Below, piece by piece: positions 11,405 through 30,353 of a stretch of DNA of 64,000 nt. The first letter of the stretch is position 1, and every line of letters starts with the position of its first letter. The notes under the pieces are model-generated. The model worked only from the letters and a program-made list of their open reading frames with translations. It did no database searches and was not told the origin of the DNA. Position numbers and translations under genes: made by a program. The stretch lies in assembly GCA_965112735.1 (NCBI GenBank), contig OZ218950.1:4030001-4094000 (forward strand), read 5' to 3'. The DNA is from Phaeosaccion multiseriatum (taxonomy: Eukaryota > Protista > Ochrophyta, other classes).

Positions 11405-13653
11405 ATGGTGGTAAGCTTTGGGCAGGTGGTGGTGGGGCCGCCGGGTTCTGGGAAGACGACATTTTGCAGTGGCATGCAGCAGTATCTGAGCTCCATGGGA
11501 AGGCGCGCCGTGGTGGTGAATCTGGACCCAGCCAACTTTGGCGATCAGGTCCCCTACAAGGCCGACATTGACATCCTGGAGCTGGTGTCGCTGCAGGTGC
11601 GCAAGTCTGGGAAAGAACCCCCATCATTATAGTCTCTCTTGCGGGGGACTCGCTTGAGACGCGGACTGGAAGCGGTGGGATACGCGGTGGCACCTTGAAA
11701 GCAATGTAATGGAATTGGCTTTCGGGGGCAGAGTGGAGCTGGGCACCGGCCAAAGCCAAAAAAAACTTGCAGGGACATCGCACTTGCCTCCGTCCGCCCC
11801 ACCAGACCCGTTGCCTGCACCCCTCGCTCGCCTCCGTGCCTCCCGCTGTACCTCTGACTCCCCCTCCGCTGCCATTGATTGCCATTGCCTGTGCCGTTGC
11901 CGTTTCTAGGCTGTGATGGACGAGTATGACCTGGGCCCTAACGGCGGGCTGGTGTACTGCCTCGAGTACCTGGAGAAGAACATGGACTGGCTCATTGACA
12001 AGTAAGTAAACAAACACAACACAACCGCACACGCCTCTTCTATTCCCACCCCACTCGTGCCCATACGCCTCCCTCGTACCTACCCTTCTTTCTCACTTAA
12101 GTGCACAAAGTGTCCGTCGCTCCCTCTTCATCACCTCGTCTCCTTGCTTCTCCCCCCCCTGGCCTTCACCACCCGCCCGGACGCTGCTCCACCCACGCAC
12201 CCACCCAACCGTGTCCTTTGCCCTTGCCTAGATGCGACAAGCTCCGTAACGCACCGCCCGGCCAGCAGACTCCGTACTTCCTCTTCGACCTCCCAGGACA
12301 GGTCGAGCTCTTCACACACTACCACGTTGGTACGACAATTGAATCCATACGAATGACAACCACCGCACCGCAGTCATTCGCCGTGCGGCCTTGTCCCTTC
12401 TCGTCGCTCTCTGGGTCCTGCCTAACCACTGGCTTCATGATGATGATGAACGTTTGCTTGTGCTGGCTTGTGCTGCTTCTCTGGCCCGTCCATGCGGTGC
12501 TTCTCTCTCCCTCCCTCCCTCCCTCCCTCCCTCCCTCCCCAAAGTGCAACGAATCGTGGCAGCGCTGCAAAAGGCCGACCACCGACTCACCGCCGTACAC
12601 CTCGTGGATGCGCACCACTGCAGCAGCCCGAGCCTATTCATCTCCGTGGTGCTTCTGAGCCTCACTACAATGCTCCGGCTGGAGCTACCCCATGTCAACG
12701 TTTTGAGCAAAGTAGACCTGCTCGCTCGCTATGGGGAGCTTGCTTTCAACCTCGACTTTTTCACAGATTGTCTCGACATCAAGCAGATTTTGAGGTATCT
12801 AGATGCCCCACCCTTGACGGCGTACGAAGAGGAGGAAGGGTGGAAGGAGGAGGAGGGGGAGGGGGGGGGCGAGGAAGGTAGAGGAGTGGGGGGGCGGTAC
12901 GACGATGGGAGTGACGAGGAAGATAGCGGCGAAGAGAGCGGGCGCAGCGGCAGGGGCGTTGGACGAAGAAGAGGGCAGCAGCAGCAGCAGCAGGAGAGCC
13001 GGCTGCAGCGTGCATTTGGCAAGATGAACGCAGAGTTGTGCGACGTTATTGAAGACTTTGGGCTCGTCTCGTTTTACCCCCTCCACGTGGAAGAAGCGGT
13101 GAGTGAGTGACTGAGTGAGTGAGTGCGGGGCTTCATTGACAGTTTACACTCGTAATCCATGCCCTGTCTTCATTTCATGAGTCCTTGTTCTGTCTTCGAC
13201 CCATCCAGGTCTTCCTCCCTCGTTGTTTCTTTCTATTCAGTGTCGACTTCAGCTCGACCAACAGTGCCTGTCGTCCTTCTTCCCATGTCGTGTGCTGTGC
13301 ATCTCTTCTCTCATCCCGACCCACCCACCCACCTCGCTCGCTGTCCCTGCCCTCCCTGTGGCATGTAACAACCCTCTCGGTCGCCCTCTTTCTCTCCACA
13401 GGAGAGCGTCGAAAGAGTGCTGGCGGCGGTGGACAAGAGCAATGGCTTCTTTCTGTCTGAAGCTGCTTCTGGTGTAGGCAGTCTGGCAGGAGGAGGAGTA
13501 GGAGGAGGCGGAGGAGGCGGAGGCACTTCTGCCTCCACCTCTTCTGCTGCTGCTCCTGCTGCTGCTTCTTCCGCTTCTTCGTCCGCGTGGCGGGGGTCGG
13601 CTGCTGCGGCGGCTGTTCCTTATCACCTTTCGGACGTGACCGAGAGGGGATAG
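11405..13653 (+). CDS. GPN2: GPN-loop GTPase 2 (5 exons)
   Basis: Motifs [68 protein letters not shown] and [14 protein letters not shown]. Confidence 0.93.
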
Positions 13654-14415
13654 AGGATAGGCAAGACAGACAGGCAGATAGACAACACAGATAGACCAGA
13701 CACACGAGCCGACAGATGGACCAGAGGGATAGGATGGAGGGGGCAGGAACATGACCCAGCCAGGCGATGAAAGGGGATCGACGGACTCCTGATTACCACT
13801 CGTGTGGTGTGCATAACTTCTTTTTCCTCGTAGCTCCTGAGTACTGTAAGTAAAAAAATAAACTACTGAAAAAGCATTTATGTACTTGTATAATTTAACT
13901 GTACGTTAGAAGCAAGAGAGACGGGGGGAGCACTTTCAAAAAAGAGGTCGTGGAGGAGCGTCACAGCGCTCGGACCGCCGCCCGTACCTGCTGCTGCTCC
14001 TCCCCCCCCCCCCCCCCTGCTGCTGCTGCTGCTGCCCGTCGTGCTTCTCTCGCGTCTCTCATCGCTCCTCTCGCTCCTCTCTCCTCTTGCAAACCTCTGG
14101 CCATGGTACAATCTACACATACAAACGCGGTGATATACACGGTGTCGGCCACCCCACCCGAAGGGGCGCTTGGGGAGGGAGCACACGAACTGTCAAAGTG
14201 CGGGGCCGGCGGGCTGGCGGACGGGCATCCATCCATCCATCCATCCATCCACTGCCATCCATCCATTCAAAACCCCATTCGTCTCCTCTCATCTCACACC
14301 ACCTGACCTCTCACTCTCCTCTCATATTCCATATCCCCTGATGACCACACTCACAGATGGCGAGGACGATGGAAGAACGAAGGCGACGACAAGGACCGCC
14401 CCTACTCTCCTCGCT

Positions 14416-14874
14416 TCACCTCTTCCCCCTCCTCCGATCGCTGCCCGCCGCCAGAGCAGTCAGTCCCACTGCCAGCCCTACTCCGACGGCCACCACCGCC
14501 CCAAACACGAGCCCGGAACGCACGCGCCCACTCTTCTGGATACTCCACCAGAGCCGTAACCGCAGAGGCGGTACCTTGTAGCCGTACAGCTCGTGGGCCT
14601 GCATATACCTCAACACGCGGTCGTCCAGGCTGCTGCTGTCCATCCACACCCGCTCCAACGCCTCCAGCTCGGCCAACGCACCTCCTTTAGACACTTGGGC
14701 GGCGTGCCGAGGGGCCTCTCGAAGCTTGGTGGAGGAGATGTCCGTCATCTGTGAGATATGGTGCATCTCCATGTTCTCGGGAAGAGAGGACGTGTCGCTC
14801 ACCAAAAAGCCATGTCCTAATTGAGTTGGTATGGTATGGGGTGGTGTGGTAGTACAAGTAGTAGTAGTAGTAGT

Positions 14875-14905
<31 letters not shown>

Positions 14906-16766
14906 GAAGGAGGAGAAGAAGAAGTTAGTATCACTCGGTACGACGACGAAGGCAAGCGCTCGCCCACTCTCTCTCCCTCTCACACACACACTCACTCCCT
15001 CCCTCCCTCACTCACCACACTTATGTCTCACACAACACGGACACAAAAACAGACACACATCCTCCCTCCCTCCCTCCCTCCCCTCACTCACTCGATATGA
15101 CAACGAAGTCCACCATCTTCCGCAGCTCCTCCGCCTTCTTCCACTTTCCCCTCAGCAGGTCCTTGTACGCATCAGTGCCCACAGCGAAGGAGAAGGCAAA
15201 GGAGGGGGGCGTGGCGGCCTTGAGGGCCGTTACCACGTCGAAGCTGCACACACGGATGTCTTTGGGATCTCCCCTGAGGCACGGTAAGGGGCCAGAGGGC
15301 ATGAGCCCACCACACGGGGATCCACACGGGTTTCCGAGGGATGGATTGATTCGTTGGGATGGTGGGGTAGGAGGGGGGGGCAGTCGGTGGTTTCGTTGGT
15401 TGTCTTGTCTTGTCTCTCTCTTCGCGCACCCACCCCGCCACCCCCCCCCCCCCCCGGCCCCCTTCCTGCCTCCCCTCTGTAGCATATCCTCTCTATGAGC
15501 CTTCACCGTTCGTCCTTGCCCAAAATGACAAACAAAATTACGGTACGTAGGGATTACCGAGGATGATTGAATTCCAACCTGCCCTTCTGTCCCTGCTGTG
15601 CTGTGCTGTGGCGGTGCTGCGCTGTGGGGAAGTCGTCCCAACTACAAGTCACTCCAACGACAGTTCTCATGGACTCCTCTTGATCGACCAGTGACTCCTC
15701 TGTGTGTCAAGAGCCTTCCATCTTGTTCGGCCGACCGACCCATCGGCCTGTGCCCCTCCCCTTCCTCTGCCTCTTCCTCTTCCTCTGTCGTACTTCCCTC
15801 GTCGCGCACTTACCCCTCCCTCGCCAGCTTCTCTAGGAACAAGTCCTCCTCGATGGTGAGTACTTTGACCTTGCAGGTGGGTGAGGAGAGGGCTTCAAAT
15901 GACAGCCTTTAGCCCCCCCCCCACAGAAAGATATTCGCCACCGGGAGGAGGAGATAGACGGAAGGGAAGGGAGGTTGGGATGGGGGGTGGGGGAGACAAC
16001 GAGAGGGAGAGGGAGAGGGAGACAGAGAGGGGACATCAAGCGCAACACAGCACACCGACGAAAGATGCTCTTGGGAAGATCTCGTTCATTCCCCCAACAC
16101 TGTGCTTGGTCGATCGACCATCGAAACACACGCTCGCTTCGTTGTTCGCGGGCCCCACTCATCTCGCAGTCACGATGGCACACTGCTGACCTGCACATCT
16201 GTACTCTCTGCTCGAAGTTGGGCATCTTTATCGCCTGCTCTCCGCCGCCCATCAGCTCTCGCTTGCCGGCGTACATGTGCTGGTACACTGGAAGTACCCA
16301 AATCTCGTCAAATGATCCTACGAGGGAAGGAGGGAGGGGGGTGAGGGGGAAGAAGCTTCTCGCTGCTTCATAGTCAAGACCGCTTTGGGATACTAGATAG
16401 ATAACTCAGTCCAAAAGTAATGGAGTGTTGCGGGCTAAACAAACGTGGGTGGGGTTTTGCCCTTAGCCGTGAGCTGGAAAGTCTAAAAGCTGGGAGCTCA
16501 CAGTAGGCCACCCGCCTAAACTCACCCGTCTGTGCGCAGTACTCCACGATTCCACTGTGACCTCCCTTGCCAGTGGGAGGATTCCCGCTCGTGCCGAACA
16601 GCAGAATCCTGCGACTCGAGCCCTTTCCTTCGTCCGATAATGCTGCCACGGCATTGGTAGCCCACTCGTGCACGTGGGAACTTGCTTCCCTTACGGCTGC
16701 TTCTTGCTCTGGCGAGTCCCCTCCACCCTGCTCTTCACCCCCCCCCTCATCTTCAAGCACAGCCAT
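14416..16766 (-). CDS. NadD/NMNAT-like nucleotidyltransferase (cytidylyltransferase superfamily) with a C-terminal transmembrane tail; multi-exon
   Basis: Motifs ILLFGTSGNPPTGKGGH (variant of GGSFxPxHxGH), EIWVLPVYQH, FEQRVQMC, AVGTDAYKDL..GKWK..EEL, DISSTKLR and VLRYMQAHELYG, followed by a hydrophobic 24-mer and RRRGKR-stop. Confidence 0.82.
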
Positions 16767-18288
16767 GCCCTCCGTAAACCCCTCGATGCTACACCTCTTG
16801 GTCACCACAGCTCCGTGGCCAACACAGGTCACCTCCCTTCAGCGACTGTTTCTCACACCCCTCTTTTTCTTCGTGAGGCAGGGCAGCAATAAAATGCGAT
16901 AAAAGGGGGGAAAGCTTCAAATTGAAATGAGAAATTCGCAAGGAGGTCATCGTGTGTATTTTCCAGCTGGTACAATTGTATTTTTCCTTTTTTTTACATG
17001 ACCATGTCTTGATCTTTGAAAGGGAGGTGGAGCGAACCATAGAACGGAGAGTGGCTAAGCCTTGCGTCTTCCTAATGAAGGGAGAACACAAGTGACCGTC
17101 AAAATGAAGATGTTGGGAAAGACTCGGGGCCTGCTACCATATTGACCCATGCGCCCCAATTGCCATCCTTCTCCCCTCGACCCCTGGAGCAGCCAGCAGG
17201 CGGACGCCAGGACAGTCAAAGCGGGAAGGCACTTCTCTTCTCTGCTCTGCTGGAGCCAGTCATCGAGTCGGGCATGTGCTTGCAGGAAGCTGATGCTCAG
17301 AGCTACACCAACACACTACCCTTAGTCTGACATCCTCCTCGCTCAGCCCTCCCTCCCTGAGGAGGGAGTCGGCACCAAAAGCCGCCGCCGCCGCAGCAGC
17401 AGCAGCAGCAGTAGCAGCAGTGGCAGCGGCAGCACCAGCAAGCCCTCCAGAGCCGCGCAGCTGCACAGCGGCCAGGCGTCGCCCTTGCACCCCGCCGGCA
17501 ACAGTTTCCCTCCAGTCATGACAAGCTGCAAAGCTTAGTCATCAGCGCCCGGTTGCGCGCCCTTCCTGAGGCTTGCGGACACGATAGAGGTGCCTCAGGT
17601 AACCCAACTACCCAACCCAGCTCCTCCGCAGGGCCTAGGAAGATAGAGCCACGCACTTGGGGTTCCGTGGGCCTCTCAATGCTCCATCCCAGACACACCC
17701 CCTTGCCTTGGCCCCTGTCCTTCTCCTCCTGTGCCTACGCAATGGTGGCGGTCTCGGCCTCAGAGCCTAACTTCCATGCTTCTCCTCAAATCTTCGACCA
17801 CGGAGATGGAAAGAGAGAGTCTCGCCCTGCCACTTGCGTCTGTCTGCCCCGCCTTTACGCCGCCCCCACCAGGGCACGATAGCGGACAGGACAGTCCTCC
17901 CCATGCCACACGTAGCCGCTGTGGAGGAGGCCGTTCCAGAGACCCACCTCCTTGTCTGAGGTAGGCAGGCAGACGCCCAGCCACTGTCCTCCCCCGCCTC
18001 CCCCTGCCCGCTTCTTTCCGCCCAGAACAGAGAGGCAATGTGAGAGAGAAGGTGGTTGCGGTGCGGCAGGCATCTCTTCCCTCTCTTCGCAGGCTCTGCA
18101 AGTTCTTAACTCACACCCACATAGCGCTGGCGCCTACTACCAGCCGGAGCTCTGTCTAAGTAGTCTCCGGACCGCCCAGGCCGATCAGACGAAGGGACGC
18201 CGGACGCTCGCTCTCTCCTCTCCCTCTAAGTGAGGGGGGTCGAGTACGCTGCGTCATCTAGAGGATATGCTCTGCCCAGAGGAGATAT

Positions 18289-19020
18289 TCATTTCTGTCC
18301 AGTGCTCGCGTTGGTGCCCAAGATTGCCTGCAAATCCTTCGCGCTGAAGCCCTTGACGTTCTTCGCCTTGATGCGCTTCGCACGACTGGCCACACACATC
18401 ACGGCCTTGGCTTCCACCTTGCGGCCTCCCTTCTTCTTGCTCCCGGCCCCGTTGCCCTCGCCCCTACTCCCCCCCTCTCCTCCGCTTGCCTCTGCCTTGG
18501 CCTGCTTCTTGACTGCTAGTTTGGCAGCTCTTTTCGCGGCCTTCTTCTCCGCCTTCTTAGCTGCCTTCCTCGCGGTTTTCTTGTCAGCTCCGGCGGCCAC
18601 GGCAGCTTTTGCTGCTGCCGCGCCCGCCAAGGCGTTGCCCCCCGCGCCCCCGTAGGCTCCATTGAGGCTCTCCAAAATGGAAGAAAAGTTGGAGGAAGAC
18701 TCTGACCAACCTTGCTGCCCGGAAAGGTCTCGGCTGGCACCAAGCGCCAGGCGCTCGTCCCTCTTCTTCACCGAGACATGGGTCTCCCTCCCGTCTTCCA
18801 TCTTGCCCAGTCCTTTGCCCTCTTTCCAGCCCATGCGCTGCAGCATTCGGAACCCAAAGGCTGACTTATCGTCACTCCAAGCCTGGTTGAGCGTGCTGCC
18901 ACTCTGGCCGCCGTTACTGCTGATGCTGCTGCCGCTGCCGTTGCTGCTGCTACTACTCGTGGCGAGGGACTCGCTCTTGTCCACCTCAGCCGCGGCGGCC
19001 GCACTGGGTGAAGCCGTCAT
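18289..19020 (-). CDS. PINX1: G-patch protein, PinX1/Pxr1-like; single exon
   Basis: WSDDKSAFGFRMLQRMGWKEGKGLGKMEDG...VKKRDERLALGA G-patch, then W...F..IL..LN, a Lys/Ala-rich middle and a C-terminal K.DLQAILG. Confidence 0.8.
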   Translation of the reverse strand: MTASPSAAAAAEVDKSESLATSSSSSNGSGSSISSNGGQSGSTLNQAWSDDKSAFGFRMLQRMGWKEGKGLGKMEDGRETHVSVKKRDERLALGASRDLSGQQGWSESSSNFSSILESLNGAYGGAGGNALAGAAAAKAAVAAGADKKTARKAAKKAEKKAAKRAAKLAVKKQAKAEASGGEGGSRGEGNGAGSKKKGGRKVEAKAVMCVASRAKRIKAKNVKGFSAKDLQAILGTNASTGQK

Positions 19021-19368
19021 CTTTGGTCTGTGGTGTGTGAACCATTCGCGCGAGGGGGTTGGTCATATGAGATTCTTGCCATTTGTTGCAATATCGAGCT
19101 CTCGACAAGCAAAATCGATAAAATCTGGCAGTTACAAATCGAAATTCCTTGAAAACCCCTTTAAAGCCCGTAGAGAGGAGAGCACTGCCAGAGACAACAG
19201 TGCACAGCACTGTGGCGAAGAGGCACTAGTAGAAGGGAAAGTGGGAGGCCTTTGGGCAGATGAGGCAGATGAGGCAGATGAGGTAGGGGGGAGGAGGAAA
19301 GACGAAACCGTGAACGAGGTTGGCGTGTGTGATACATCGGAGAGGGGAGGAGGGAGGAGGCGCGGAGG

Positions 19369-25386
<6,018 letters not shown>

Positions 25387-25776
25387 GCTCTCTTTCTCTT
25401 TCTCTTTCTCTCTCTCTCTCGCTCTCTTTCTATCTTCCTCTGGCTCTCTCTGGCACTCTCTTCTCTCTCTCTCTCTTCTCTTCTCTTTTCTTCTCACACG
25501 GGAAGACGAGAGGGAGGAGGGAGGGAGGGACGGACGGAAGGTAATCGATTGCGTCTCCACTCTTCCCATGAGGGCAGTCGTGCGGGGGGAATACGCGGGG
25601 AGTGCTTTACCGTAGCCACTTGAGTTTAGCAAGCCAATGGGAGGGCACACAGACTCACTCCGGAGAGAGAGAGAGAAGGGGGGGACACCACAGAGCGAGA
25701 CAGAGGACCAGCCAGAGGGGGGGCACAGAGAGGGGCTAGCAGAGGTGTTGTAACTAACCAGTACTTACTACAGACT

Positions 25777-25852
25777 TGAAGGAAGGAAGGAAGGAAGGAA
25801 GGAAGGAAGGAAGGAAGGAAGGAAGGAAGGAAGGAAGGAAGGAAGGAAGGAA
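25777..25852 (+). repeat. (GAAG)n microsatellite
   Basis: Seen directly, downstream of the coiled-coil gene stop. Confidence 0.9.
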
Positions 25853-26100
25853 GACTGCTACGCTCGGAGCGCGACCGAACGAAAACGCGTCAAAGGCAAC
25901 GAAGGAAGCCATTTTTACAAATAAGCCTACGACAGTAACGATAGTAATAGAAAGGTGTGTGTAACTTTGCTGCTGCTGCAGCCCCGCTTCTCCGACGGCG
26001 CCAGCGCTGTCCTGCGGCTGCTAATGTACCACCAACTCCTCCTCACCCTGTGAGCCCGTACCACCAACTGCTGCTTCCTGCTGTTGCTCTCTCCCTGCTC

Positions 26101-26724
26101 TTCTTGGCGGTCCTCCTCTTGCTTCACGCTGTCCACAGCTCATTCACCTTCTTGGCGGTCCTCCTCTTGCTTCACGCTGTCCACAGCTCATTCACCTTCT
26201 TGGCGGTCCTCCTCTTGCTTCACGCTGTCCACAGCTCATTCACCTTCTTGGCGGTCCTCCTCTTGCTTCACGCTGTCCACAGCTCATTCACCTTCTTGGC
26301 GGTCCTCCTCTTGCTTCACGCTGTCCACAGCTCATTCACCTTCTTGGCGGTCCTCCTCTTGCTTCACGCTGTCCACAGCTCATTCGCCTTCTTGGCGGTC
26401 CTCCTCTTGCTTCACGCTGTCCACAGCTCATTCACCTTCTTGGCGGTCCTCCTCTTGCTTCACGCTGTCCACAGCTCATTCACCTTCTTGGCGGTCCTCC
26501 TCTTGCTTCACGCTGTCCACAGCTCATTCACCTTCTTGGCGGTCCTCCTCTTGCTTCACGCTGTCCACAGCTCATTCACCTTCTTGGCGGTCCTCCTCTT
26601 GCTTCACGCTGTCCACAGCTCATTCGCCTTCTTGGCGGTCCTCCTCTTGCTTCACGCTGTCCACAGCTCATTCACCTTCTTGGCGGTCCTCCTCTTGCTT
26701 CACGCTGTCCACAGCTCATTCACA
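26101..26724. repeat. 48-bp minisatellite, 13 copies
   Basis: Unit TTCTTGGCGGTCCTCCTCTTGCTTCACGCTGTCCACAGCTCATTCACC. Copies 6 and 11 share an A>G variant. Confidence 0.95.
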
Positions 26725-26951
26725 GCTCATTCACAGCTCATTCACAGCTCATTCACAGCTCATTCACAGCTCATTCACAGCTCATTCACAGCTCATTCAC
26801 AGCTCATTCACAGCTCATTCACAGCTCATTCACAGCTCATTCACAGCTCATTCACAGCTCATTCACAGCTCATTCACAGCTCATTCACAGCTCATTCACA
26901 GCTCATTCACAGCTCATTCACAGCTCATTCACAGCTCATTCACAGCTCATT
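26710..26951. repeat. 11-bp tandem repeat CACAGCTCATT, 22 copies
   Basis: Seen directly; the unit is a substring of the adjacent 48-bp unit. Confidence 0.95.
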
Positions 26952-27272
26952 GCTCGCTGTCACTCAGCCCTGCTTGCTGCTGCCCACTCAAAGTAACGAG
27001 CTACCCCAAGGGTACTACTTACTTCCCACTGTATCCATTCAGTGCTGCTTTGATACGACCTAATCCTCACTCTGTTCACTTAGTCCTGCTTGGATACTCC
27101 GTACTGCCCACGGTATTCACGGTTTTCACTCAGTCCTGCTTGCTGCTGCTGACGTCTCACATGCCGATACTGCAGTGGCGGAGGCCGCCTTCCTCCCCAT
27201 AGATGATCATAGATGGCACTTAAGAGTGTGTATGTGTAATATATTATCCTTCCCCCCCCCTATTAATTGCCT

Positions 27273-27463
27273 CTACTGCTTGCCGGGGTACTTGGTTCCC
27301 CTCGTGCTTGCCCTTGTGCTTCCCCTCGAGCTCCCTCTTGTCGTGCCCTCCCTCGTCGTCGGCCTACCGGTACTAGGCCGACTGGTCCGAGTGCTACCGG
27401 CGGAGCGAGAGGCACGAGAAGAGGGAAGAGAGCCCGCCTCTCTCACTCCGAGTAAGGATGGTA

Positions 27464-27502
<39 letters not shown>

Positions 27503-28558
27503 CAAGCCCAGCAGGAGGTGTCTCAGAGATGCGCACGAGACTCATGACACGGCCCCTTAGATGCGCGAGAACGGCCTTGATGGACACCTTTTGCTTGGCA
27601 TGGGCTCGCCAGGGAGGGTCAATGTCGAACACACCTAATGGGGTAATGGGGTAGGGAGGTATGTATACAAATGGTGTGTGGGGTAGGTGGTGGGCGGTAG
27701 GAGGGTGTGTACAGGTTACAGACGGAAGATATGGGTGCCATGCTGGGCATTGGCGTGTTATTGCGCAGGCCAGCAGCAATCCATCCGCAAGCATCAGCAG
27801 TTGGTGGTACAGCAGGAGCAGCACAAGGGGCGAGAGACACGAGGTTATATACCCCTGAGAGCGCATCCGTCCGTCCGGCCGCTCGGGATGGATCGCCAGC
27901 GAAGCGTCAGCAAGCATGTCGGCTCAGCAGCCAAGCAAGGTGATCACCTCACTCATGGCCATCTCTCTCGTCTTTCTCTTGGCTGCTGTAGACTGCCATC
28001 GATCCAGCCTCTACTCACTCACACTCACCGAAGAGGAACCCCCCAAAGGCCTCATCCAGCACCTGTGGCGAGATTTCCGCCGCCGTATCACCAACCGCTG
28101 CACTTCCTTCACCTGAACCTCCACCCCTGCTGCCACTGCCGCTGGTGCCTCGTCGCTCCTGCTCCTTCTGTACCACCAACTGCTGCTGCTGTCCAGGGCT
28201 GCTCACAGAGGTCGTCCAGCTGCCCCCGTCCGCTACTTGCACTGGCGGGGCAGTAACACCTGTACCACGACCAGCAGTACCACCAGCAGCAGCACCACCA
28301 GGAGCCTCAGCGTCGTCCTCCTCGTCCTCCTCATACTCCAGCAGGGCGGGGTGGAAGTGCGATGCGAAGATGCCGTGCAGGTCCTGTACCGAGATGGTGC
28401 CCTGCGTTGTGATGTCGTGCAGCTTTATGGTGCCGATGCACTCGGCGAAGGTAATGGCGGCCCTCATGACGTTGGGATTGATGACGGAGAAGAGCAGCAG
28501 ACCCGGGCCCTGTTGTTCGTTGGTTGTTCGTTAGTTGTTCGTTCGTTGAGATGGCAGA

Positions 28559-28594
<36 letters not shown>

Positions 28595-29876
28595 AGCGGT
28601 GTGTGACCGTAGCGAGCAGAGCGAAAGCAGAGAAGGGTAGAGAGAAGAGTAGAGTGAAGGGTACAGCGAAGAAGAGTGCAGAATGGCAGGGACACAGAGA
28701 CGCAGAGAGTGAGTGAAGTGATGTGAAGTGATGTGACTTGAAGCGGCCAGAGGACATATATTGACTTAAGAGGAATCACCTGAGGATGGAACAGACAGGA
28801 ATGGGTTTAGGGAGCCGTGTGTGCGTGCGTGCACGCGATGGCGCCCCCCCCCCCTGCTGCGTCTAGACGCACATGCACGCACACGCATCCACACACGCGC
28901 CCACACACGCACGCACCTTAAGCTTGCTCCGCTCGTAAATGGCGGTGGCCTTGAGCTTGGCGTCGAGATCGCGCATGTTCTTGTCTATCTGAGCGTCGCC
29001 AGACATGACCTGTTGGTCCTCCTCCTCCTTCTTACTGTACTCCTTGTTGGGGTGGGGGGCGGCAAGGCCTGCTGCGCGATTGCTCGTGCTGGAATGAGTG
29101 AGTGAGTGAGTGAGTGAGTGAGTGAGTGAGTGAATGAGTGAGTGAGTGAGTGAATGAGTGGGTGAGTAATGAGTGAGTAGTGAGTGAGTGGGTCAGTTGT
29201 TTAGGTTTACGTCACAGGAAGGGGAAGGGGGGGGGGGGGGTCAGAAGGCAGAGCAACACGAACGTGGTGAGTCAATAGTCAATGGGGTAGCAGCCGTTGG
29301 TGCGTCAGGAACAGTAGCAGCAGCAGCAGCAGCAGCACAAATGCACACACACGCACAAACACTCACACACACGCACGCACGCACGCACGCACGCACGCAC
29401 ACACACAAACTTACACACATACACACACATACACATACACACCCCCACCCACGCACCCACACAAACACACACACACACTCACGTGAAGCCTGTGGCGTTT
29501 TCCTCCGTGATGTGTCCCTCTTGCACTAAATGCCTGCGGAATCCTTCCCAATACCGCTGGCGATAGCGCAGGCGAGCCGTGGAAAGCAGCAAACGAAGCA
29601 CCTCCACCTTCAACCCCGTCGCCACACCGGCACCACCAACCCTCCCACTGCTTCTCGCACTGCTTCTCGGGGTAGCAAACGGCGATGTGGTGTTGTTGGA
29701 AGGAGGGTCGGAAGGCGCGTCGCTCGTGTCGTTGGCGAGTTGATTTAGCAGTTGCTGCTGTTGGCGTTGGAGGTGCTCCTGCTGCTGCTGGTCGAGGAGC
29801 TCCTGCTGGTGGGAAGGGAGGGCTGATAACGGCTTGCGGTTGCCTCTTGCGCGTTTCTCTGTGGATTTTGTGTGTG

Positions 29877-29952
<76 letters not shown>

Positions 29953-30316
29953 TGTGTGTGCGCGTGTATGCGTGCGTCCGGTCGGTGGTAAGAGGATAGA
30001 TAGGTGCCAAAGAGAGCGAAACGAAGTAAAAAGCGAGTGGAAAGCCATTCAATCCATCAGATCAGGCATGAAGAGAGAAGAGAGAAGAGGGAAGTGGATG
30101 GGGGTACTGCGATTCCTTGTGTGAGAGAGAGGAGGTGGGGGGGGGGAGGGGGCTGCTTGCTCGGCATCGACGGTTCGGTTCAGGTGAGCGCTTGGCACTT
30201 TTGGCAAGCCATTTGGTGATGATACAGCAGTTGGTGGTACAGCAGTGCATGAGGCGAGTGGAGAAAGGGCCGGGCAAACCCACGCTCCAGCCAGCCAGCC
30301 AGCCAGCCAGCCACAC

Positions 30317-30353
<37 letters not shown>

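Noticed and set aside
26101-26951. CRISPR-like array, or real repeat proteins (ORFs 25957-27063 and 26084-27202)
   Set aside because: The units are contiguous with no unique spacers and the context is eukaryotic. The ORFs are open only because the repeat lacks stop codons, and they begin at non-ATG codons.
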